Shown one piece after another: positions 8,786-14,741 of a stretch of DNA of 37,071 bases. The notes beneath the pieces were generated by a model that was not told the DNA's origin, searched no databases, and saw only the letters and a list, made by a program, of their open reading frames with translations. The stretch comes from Treponemataceae bacterium. GTDB taxonomy: Bacteria; Spirochaetota; Spirochaetia; Treponematales; Treponemataceae. The stretch spans positions 1 through 37,071 of the forward strand of contig JAILRX010000210.1 in the NCBI GenBank assembly GCA_024697985.1. The letters run 5' to 3'. The number at the start of each line of letters is the position of its first letter. Positions within the stretch are counted from its first letter, which is position 1. The translations under genes were made by a program, and so were the position numbers.

Positions 8786-9589
8786 ATGTTTAAACCTAAG
8801 CCTATTGCTATTGCTGCAAGTGTTGGGTTTGTCCTCTCTTTTATCATTGGACTTATTTGCGGTGTGCGGATAGGTTTCGTGTTTTTAAGGGCTTTTTTGT
8901 TTGCAATCCTTTGCGGCGGAGTTTGTTTCGGAGCAATGTTTGTATATGAAAAGTTCTTGAAAAGCGATTCATCCGGTGAAGCCGAAGATTTGCATTCTGA
9001 AACTCAGGAACCGGAAGTTACTGAAAGTTTTGAAATTTCGGAAGATGCTCTTCCAGATGAAGAAGCATCTCCTGCGTTTTATGTGGAAGCAAAAAACGAG
9101 CCGAAGCCTTCAGTTGCAATGCCTGTTTTTAAGGCAAGTTCAGTTGAAAAAATAACATCAGCAAAGGCAGTTTCTCCTGAAGTTGAGAAAAAGCCTGAAG
9201 TAAAAAGTTCTGTTCCAGAAAAAGTGGTACAAGATGCCGACGAACTTGAAGCTATTGATGATGAAGTTCCTTCTCCAAAGGAAAAAGTTCCTGCCGTAGA
9301 AAAAGCTTCTTCTCCAGTTGCAGAAATTCATGAAGAACAGACTGCTTCTTCAGCACCAGCAGAGGTGGCTGTAGAAGAAAAAGCTCCTGCTTCGGAACTT
9401 GATTCTGAATTAGACGAGTTGCCTGACTTTGGCTCCGTAATTTCAGAGGTTTCTGAAGATGTTGCTGACTTGACCGACAGTGGCGAGGTCTATCACAGCA
9501 GTTCTTCCTCGTCTTCTTCGGCGAGTGTAGATGGACAGGATGCTGATACTATAGCAAAAGCTATTAGGACGATGCTTAACGGGGACTAA
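8786..9589 (+). CDS. Hypothetical 2-TM membrane protein with a long acidic low-complexity tail, encoded between flhG and fliA
   Basis: An AGGGAGGA SD lies 6-7 nt before the ATG at 8786; the ORF track starts one codon earlier at a TTG. Two N-terminal hydrophobic helices are present (IAIAASVGFVLSFIIGLICGV; FLRAFLFAILCGGVCFGAMFVY). About 200 aa rich in E/S/P/A/V follow, including a poly-Ser run. No family was recognised. Confidence 0.7.
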   Translation: MFKPKPIAIAASVGFVLSFIIGLICGVRIGFVFLRAFLFAILCGGVCFGAMFVYEKFLKSDSSGEAEDLHSETQEPEVTESFEISEDALPDEEASPAFYVEAKNEPKPSVAMPVFKASSVEKITSAKAVSPEVEKKPEVKSSVPEKVVQDADELEAIDDEVPSPKEKVPAVEKASSPVAEIHEEQTASSAPAEVAVEEKAPASELDSELDELPDFGSVISEVSEDVADLTDSGEVYHSSSSSSSSASVDGQDADTIAKAIRTMLNGD

Positions 9590-9610
9590 AAATATTTAAG
9601 GTGTGGGAAA

Positions 9611-10399
9611 ATGACTTCAACAGTTAACGAGCAAAAAACGGAAGATGAGCTTTGGCTTGAATTCAAGAAAACTAAATCACCGCAGTTACGAGATAAGTTT
9701 ATTCGACAGTACATGCCGCTTGTAAAGCATGTTGCAGGTAAACTTAATGTCGGAATGCCAGGCAGCGTTGATTATGATGATTTGGTCGGATATGGTCAGT
9801 TCGGATTGCTTGATGCAATCAATAAATATGATCCTGAAAAAAACGTTAAATTTACTACCTATGCAGTCACCCGAATCCGAGGAGCAATTTTAGATGAATT
9901 AAGGTCTTTGGACTGGGTTCCTCGATCAGTAAGACAGAAAGCTCGTGAAATTGAAGATACTATTGCCGGTCTTGAAGCAAGACTCGGTCGTTATCCTACA
10001 GATGCTGAAATAGCAGAGGCTATGGGCATTTCAGAAGAAGATTATTACCGAACAGAATTAAAAATCTCAGGAACAAGCGTCCTTTCCTTGAACGATGTTT
10101 GGTGTTCAGGAGATGATTCAGACAAGATGTCTATCGGTGATGTTATCGAAGCTCCTACAAGCCTGAATCCGGATGTCATCGTTGAGCGAGAGGAAATTCG
10201 AAGGGTAGTGGTTGAAGCCATCAATGAATTACCTGAAAAAGAAAAAATGGTTCTTGTTTTGTACTATCATGAAGATTTGACCTTCCGTGAAATCGGAAAA
10301 GTTTTAGATGTAAGTGAATCCCGCGTTTCTCAGCTGCACGCAAAAGCAAACTTAAGACTCCGTGCAAAATTGACAAACGTCCGAAAAGGTATCATGTAA
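9611..10399 (+). CDS. fliA: Flagellar sigma factor sigma-28 (FliA/WhiG/SigD family)
   Basis: Region 2 is present (YMPLVKHVAGKL, DLVGYGQFGLLDAINKYDPEKNVKFTTYAVTRIRGAILDELR). The region 4.2 HTH is present (LTFREIGKVLDVSESRVSQLHAKANLRLR). The size (262 aa) and flagellar context fit sigma-28. Confidence 0.92.
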   Translation: MTSTVNEQKTEDELWLEFKKTKSPQLRDKFIRQYMPLVKHVAGKLNVGMPGSVDYDDLVGYGQFGLLDAINKYDPEKNVKFTTYAVTRIRGAILDELRSLDWVPRSVRQKAREIEDTIAGLEARLGRYPTDAEIAEAMGISEEDYYRTELKISGTSVLSLNDVWCSGDDSDKMSIGDVIEAPTSLNPDVIVEREEIRRVVVEAINELPEKEKMVLVLYYHEDLTFREIGKVLDVSESRVSQLHAKANLRLRAKLTNVRKGIM

Positions 10400-10412
10400 A
10401 AGAGGTTTTTAT

Positions 10413-12413
10413 ATGAACATCACCCTGGATGATATCCGCAAAGATTTAAAAGTTGCACTCGAAAACGATGAGAACCTTCGTTATGTTGATGTTCTTGCAG
10501 ATACCTTGGATGATGCTCTCGCTGATGCCGCCGTTCAGCTTGATACGGCTGTTTCTGCCCTCGAATATGAAATTCTCGAAAGAGGCTCGAATGGATTTTT
10601 GGGTTTGTTGAAAAAGAACTGGAAAATCCGGGCCTACGAAATTGCCAAGACTACCAAGAAAGTTAAGAAAGATGAATTCGAACAGATGTTCTCTGATGAT
10701 GATATCGTTGAAACCGTTGAAGTTATCGATAAAGACGGCGAATACATGGTTCGAAAATTCAATACCGTCGAAAACGGTCCACAGATATGCCTGAAAGTCG
10801 TATTGCCTGTTGGTAACGGGGATGCGGTTCGATTCGGCGAAGTTCTTGAGAGCGTAAAAGTTCCATCATTCCTTAGTATTGATGAACCTGCAATTAAAAA
10901 GGCCGTTGAATCAGGAACTGAAGGTGAATACGTTCCGGTCGGAGTTTTCAGACACGAAGGTGCTGATGATTCTGTAATCGTAATTGATATTTCAAGCGAC
11001 GACATGCATGCCATGGCTACAGTTTCTCAGTCTGGTCCTGCCGGCGCTGACCTTGATTTGTCTCAGATTAAAAAGGCCTTGGAAACACAGGGTGTTTGTA
11101 TTCCGATTCCTGACGAACCTATTATCGAATTTATTGATCATCCTGTTTATGGTGAGCCTTACGAAATTGCTACAGCGCCGGCTCCTGAAGACGGAAATAA
11201 CGCTTACGTCGAATATCTGTTTGAAACGGACCGTTCAAAATTGAAATTAAAGGAATCTGACAAAGGTCAGGTTGACTATAAAGAGCTTAATACAATCGAA
11301 AACGTTGTTGAAGAACAGCCTCTTGCACGTAAAGTTCCTGCTGGAAAGGGTAAGAACGGAAAAACGCTTAAAGGTGTATTCATGCCGGCCAAGGACGGAA
11401 AGGATATCAATCTTCCTCTTGGTAAAAACGTTCATGTTGATACTGACGGAATTACAATTCTTGCAAGCTGTAAAGGACAGGCTCTTCTTGTCGGCGACAA
11501 GGTTTCAGTTGAGCCTATCCACGAAATCGCTGGAAATGTATGCGCTAAGACCGGTAACATCAACTTCTTCGGTACTGTTATCGTACGCGGAAACGTCGAA
11601 GATGGTTACGATATTATCGCATCTGGAAATATCGAAATTTCAGGTTCTGTCGGTAAATGTAACCTCAAGGCTGATGGAGATATCGTCATCAATCAGGGTA
11701 TCATGGGTGGTGACCAGGGATCTATTATCGCAGGTGGTTCAGTTTGGGCAAGGTTCATTCAGAATACGACTATTGATGTTGGTGAGTACCTTATGGTTTC
11801 GGACGGTATCGTCAACTCAGAAGTTACCTGTAACAAAAAAATCATTATTACTGGAACTAAAAAGCAGGCCGCCATCAAAGGTGGACATTTGTTTGCAAAA
11901 GAAGCTGTTTATACCAAGGATATCGGTGGTAGCGGTGGTGGTGCCAAGACTATCATTGAAGTCGGCGTAGACCCTAAGGCTAAAATCCGTATGGTTGAAT
12001 TGCAGCAGATGCAGGATAAGATCCAGAAAGAAATGGATGACAGCGAGCTTAATATTGAACAGCTCGAAAATATAAAGAAGGTTCGTAAGCGATTGCCTCA
12101 GGATAAGGAACTTCGACTTAACGAAGAAAAAGAGAAGTTTGAAGGACTCCGAGCAGAATATGAGACTAACTCAAAAGAACTTTCTGAAGTTTTGGAGCAT
12201 TTGCGAAATTTGAAGGCTGTCGGAAAAGTTTCTGCTTCTGGTATGGTTTACTCCGGAACACAGATCTTTGTTCGTGACGTCAAGGATGAAATTCGTAACG
12301 ATTTGAAAGGTGTTACCTTCTTTTTGGAGGATTCTGTCGTTCGACGAGGAGCCTACGAAGCGCCTGATGAAGAAGATCTGAAGAGAGTTCCTAGCGGCTA
12401 TTCTGCCGATTAA
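10413..12413 (+). CDS. DUF342/FapA-family protein with a Jag_N-like N-terminal domain
   Basis: The beta-helix-like repeat core is typical of DUF342 (GNINFFGTVIVRGNVEDGYDIIASGNIEISGSVGKCNLKADGDIVINQGIMGG). It is followed by a coiled coil (MVELQQMQDKIQKEMDDSELNIEQLENIKK...) and the usual C-terminal beta segment. The N-terminal ~75 aa resemble Jag/KhpB N-domains (see findings). Confidence 0.85.
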   Translation: MNITLDDIRKDLKVALENDENLRYVDVLADTLDDALADAAVQLDTAVSALEYEILERGSNGFLGLLKKNWKIRAYEIAKTTKKVKKDEFEQMFSDDDIVETVEVIDKDGEYMVRKFNTVENGPQICLKVVLPVGNGDAVRFGEVLESVKVPSFLSIDEPAIKKAVESGTEGEYVPVGVFRHEGADDSVIVIDISSDDMHAMATVSQSGPAGADLDLSQIKKALETQGVCIPIPDEPIIEFIDHPVYGEPYEIATAPAPEDGNNAYVEYLFETDRSKLKLKESDKGQVDYKELNTIENVVEEQPLARKVPAGKGKNGKTLKGVFMPAKDGKDINLPLGKNVHVDTDGITILASCKGQALLVGDKVSVEPIHEIAGNVCAKTGNINFFGTVIVRGNVEDGYDIIASGNIEISGSVGKCNLKADGDIVINQGIMGGDQGSIIAGGSVWARFIQNTTIDVGEYLMVSDGIVNSEVTCNKKIIITGTKKQAAIKGGHLFAKEAVYTKDIGGSGGGAKTIIEVGVDPKAKIRMVELQQMQDKIQKEMDDSELNIEQLENIKKVRKRLPQDKELRLNEEKEKFEGLRAEYETNSKELSEVLEHLRNLKAVGKVSASGMVYSGTQIFVRDVKDEIRNDLKGVTFFLEDSVVRRGAYEAPDEEDLKRVPSGYSAD

Positions 12414-12446
12414 CTTTGAAAAAGAGCAAAATATAAGGAGTTACTC

Positions 12447-12767
12447 GTGGCTATTCAACCAATAGATCTCCAGACTCTATATACTCAGATGGATAAGGTT
12501 TCTAAAACTGTCATTCAGCAGCAACAGGGAGCCGCTTTGCAGAATTCAATGATTCAAGATGCAAAGTTGCAGAAAGAAATAGAAAATAAAAACGTTATCA
12601 ACGAAACAAAAAAAGATGAGCAGATGAACCAGATTAAGGATCGTAATGGTTCGGCAGGCAACGGAAAAAACGGCTCTAAGAAAAAAAATCACCAGGAAGA
12701 AGAGAAGAATGAGTCGTATGTTATAAAAGATCCTGCACTCGGCAATAATCTTGATGTTTTTGGTTAA
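12447..12767 (+). CDS. Hypothetical small Q/K/N-rich protein (106 aa)
   Basis: A strong AAGGAG SD lies 6 nt before the GTG at 12447. The gene is tightly packed between the DUF342 gene and the next gene on the same strand. No family was recognised. Confidence 0.6.
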   Translation: MAIQPIDLQTLYTQMDKVSKTVIQQQQGAALQNSMIQDAKLQKEIENKNVINETKKDEQMNQIKDRNGSAGNGKNGSKKKNHQEEEKNESYVIKDPALGNNLDVFG

Positions 12768-12788
12768 ACTGGAAATTGAGGCAGAAAA

Positions 12789-13472
12789 GTGACTGTTATT
12801 ATAATTAGTTCTGTAATATTGTTTTTTAACATAATCATGTGGATTGTCGTAATCCGATTGATCAAAAAAGAGTTTTCGGCTGACGGAAGTCTTGAAGAGG
12901 CTCGAAACGAAGTAAATAAACTTATCATGGCAATCGACCGGACAGCAGAAGATGATATCACTTTGATTGAAAACAACAGGGAGATGCTCCAGGATCTGCT
13001 TTCTCAGATTGAGAAGAAAATCAAGCTTTACAATAATATCCTTGATCAAAAAGAGTTTGAGAAAAATGTTTCAGAGCAGTTAGTTTCTCTTGAGGATGAG
13101 CCGGTTCCAGAAGAAAAAAAGAAGACTGCAAATCCTGTAAAGAGGGCTGCAAACTCCTATGCCGCTCGTTCAAAAAAGACAGGTGAAGCTAAGAATTTCA
13201 GTCTGTTTACAGAAAATGCCGGCACATCAGACTTTCAGAAGCAGAGTGAGCTTTTTGAAAATGCGGTAATCAACGATGTTTACGGAAAGAATGAATCACA
13301 AAATTCATTGAACATAACCAAGGCAAAGAATCAGATTACTCCTAAAAAAGACATAAAGACTCAGATTGTAGACATGATCAATCAGGGGCTTTCTTCTGAC
13401 ATCATCTCGGAAAAACTTGACGTGCCTGTAACTCAGGTTGAGATGTTGATTTCGGTAAATGGAAAAATCTGA
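12789..13472 (+). CDS. Hypothetical membrane-anchored protein: N-terminal TM, coiled coil, C-terminal HTH-like segment
   Basis: GTG start. One N-terminal TM helix (VIIISSVILFFNIIMWIVVIRLI). A helical region follows (EARNEVNKLIMAIDRTAEDDITLIENNREMLQDLLSQIEKKIKLY), then a basic low-complexity linker. The C-terminus is IVDMINQGLSSDIISEKLDVPVTQVEMLISVNG. Confidence 0.65.
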   Translation: MTVIIISSVILFFNIIMWIVVIRLIKKEFSADGSLEEARNEVNKLIMAIDRTAEDDITLIENNREMLQDLLSQIEKKIKLYNNILDQKEFEKNVSEQLVSLEDEPVPEEKKKTANPVKRAANSYAARSKKTGEAKNFSLFTENAGTSDFQKQSELFENAVINDVYGKNESQNSLNITKAKNQITPKKDIKTQIVDMINQGLSSDIISEKLDVPVTQVEMLISVNGKI

Positions 13473-13475
13473 TTT

Positions 13476-14138
13476 ATGAAATTGCTTCATTATACTTCAA
13501 AAAAGATTCTGGTCTTTTTCTGCGCACTTTTATTTCTGTCCTTTTTCTGTGCCGCTCAGGATTCTTCTGAAGTGAAATGGGAAAATAAAAACCGGGTTGT
13601 CCGTTTTGATTTTGATAATGATTTGGTTTTCATCAGGCTTAAGAACTTTTACGGGCTGTGGCTTGATGATGAATATCAGGTTAACTGGGACTTTTCAAAA
13701 AAGAAGCTGCTTTTAACCGAGGATGAACTTTACGTTCGTTTCTGGTATAAAATCCTTCCGGAAATTGATTATTACGTTCCTCAGAACAATTTTTCCGAAA
13801 TTACTATGGATAATCAGGCTACGGACGAATATGTCTATGCCTATCTTTTTACGGGAACAAAAACTTTTCGTGTGCGCTACTGGAAATGCTCGATGGATGT
13901 TTATGACGAGCAGAAAAAAATCACCCATACGATTGATTCTGTAGAATATCAGCTTCCAAAATATCTGATTGTCGGCGGCATTCCGTATACCTGCATCATG
14001 GGGCGCGGTGAAAAGCTCAGGAACAATATTTTCATCGACTTTGAGCAGGAGTTTCCCAAGGCTAAATTCATTAAATCAGACAACGATGAAAAACGAAACC
14101 TTGTTCTCGACGAGCCATTTCTTTTGCGCATAAAGTGA
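13476..14138 (+). CDS. Hypothetical exported protein or lipoprotein (220 aa)
   Basis: N-terminal signal peptide MKLLHYTSKKILVFFCALLFLSFFCAAQDSS, with a possible relaxed spirochaetal lipobox ending in C. The ATG is 4 nt after the upstream stop. The mature part is aromatic-rich and no family was recognised. Confidence 0.65.
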   Translation: MKLLHYTSKKILVFFCALLFLSFFCAAQDSSEVKWENKNRVVRFDFDNDLVFIRLKNFYGLWLDDEYQVNWDFSKKKLLLTEDELYVRFWYKILPEIDYYVPQNNFSEITMDNQATDEYVYAYLFTGTKTFRVRYWKCSMDVYDEQKKITHTIDSVEYQLPKYLIVGGIPYTCIMGRGEKLRNNIFIDFEQEFPKAKFIKSDNDEKRNLVLDEPFLLRIK

Positions 14139-14143
14139 CTGTA

Positions 14144-14171
14144 TTGACATTAATTTGCTTTTTGTGATAAT
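14144..14171 (+). promoter_or_regulatory. Sigma-70-like promoter with extended -10 (TTGACA-N16-TGtGATAAT)
   Basis: TTGACA at 14144-14149. TG at 14163-14164 and GATAAT at 14166-14171. A second copy of the decamer TGTATTGAC(A/G) occurs 31 nt downstream (14171-14180). Confidence 0.35.
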
Positions 14172-14203
14172 GTATTGACGAACATAATATACTTTATTTA
14201 ATT

Positions 14204-14231
14204 AAGAGTCGTTCAAACGGCTCTTTTTTTA
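14204..14231 (+). terminator. Intrinsic terminator-like hairpin plus T-run
   Basis: AAGAGTCG (14204-14211) pairs with CGGCTCTT (14218-14225). This gives 8 bp with one G.U and the loop TTCAAA, followed by a T7 run ending at 14230. Confidence 0.55.
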
Positions 14232-14258
14232 TATTCAATCAGTTATTTTGGAGTAAAT

Positions 14259-14729
14259 TTGGAATACTTAGCATTAAATCAAATCCCTTACTATGAAGAT
14301 TGCAACAAAATTGTAGAAGGGCTTGGTTATTCATTGGTTTCTGTAAAAGTGACGCCGATGAAAGGTCGAACTCAGGTTCAGGCCGTAATTGCATTTAAGG
14401 ACCCTTCAATTTCCGAGGGTATTGGAATTGATGACTGCGCAAAAGTACACAGACTTTTGGCTCCAACAATGGAAAATCTTCTTTCAAATCAAGACGTTTA
14501 CATGGAAGTTACCTCACCAGGAATGGAAAGGGCAATTAAAAATGCCGCTGAATTTGCATTGTTCGTAAAGAAAAATGTTAAAGTCTACAGCGTGGAAAAG
14601 TCTGATTGGATCGAAGGTGAAATCGTTTGCTCTGATGAAAATCAGCTTACGTTGAAAACCGCCTCGTCTAACGAAAATCTTGTGATTCCGTATACGACTA
14701 TAGCGAAAGCAAAATTAATATATTTATAG
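14259..14729 (+). CDS. rimP: Ribosome maturation factor RimP
   Basis: TTG start 5 nt after a GGAG SD. The RimP signature EVTSPGMERAIK is present (consensus EVSSPGxxRPL). The position immediately upstream of nusA-infB is conserved. Confidence 0.85.
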   Translation: MEYLALNQIPYYEDCNKIVEGLGYSLVSVKVTPMKGRTQVQAVIAFKDPSISEGIGIDDCAKVHRLLAPTMENLLSNQDVYMEVTSPGMERAIKNAAEFALFVKKNVKVYSVEKSDWIEGEIVCSDENQLTLKTASSNENLVIPYTTIAKAKLIYL

Positions 14730-14741
14730 GAGATTATTAAA

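Noticed and set aside
12405-12412. GCCGATTA, resembling the sigma-28 -10 element (GCCGATAA), about 35 nt upstream of the small ORF at 12447
   Set aside because: The position 15 nt upstream has AGTT rather than the TAAA -35 element. A second partial match (TCCGATAA at 6426-6433 inside flhA) also lacks a TAAA -35. Both are treated as chance matches.
14139-14258. Checked for a tRNA (the metY-like initiator tRNA that precedes rimP-nusA in E. coli)
   Set aside because: The spacer is only 120 nt of AT-rich sequence with no cloverleaf-compatible GC-rich stems and no TPsiC-loop (GTTCRANNC) motif.
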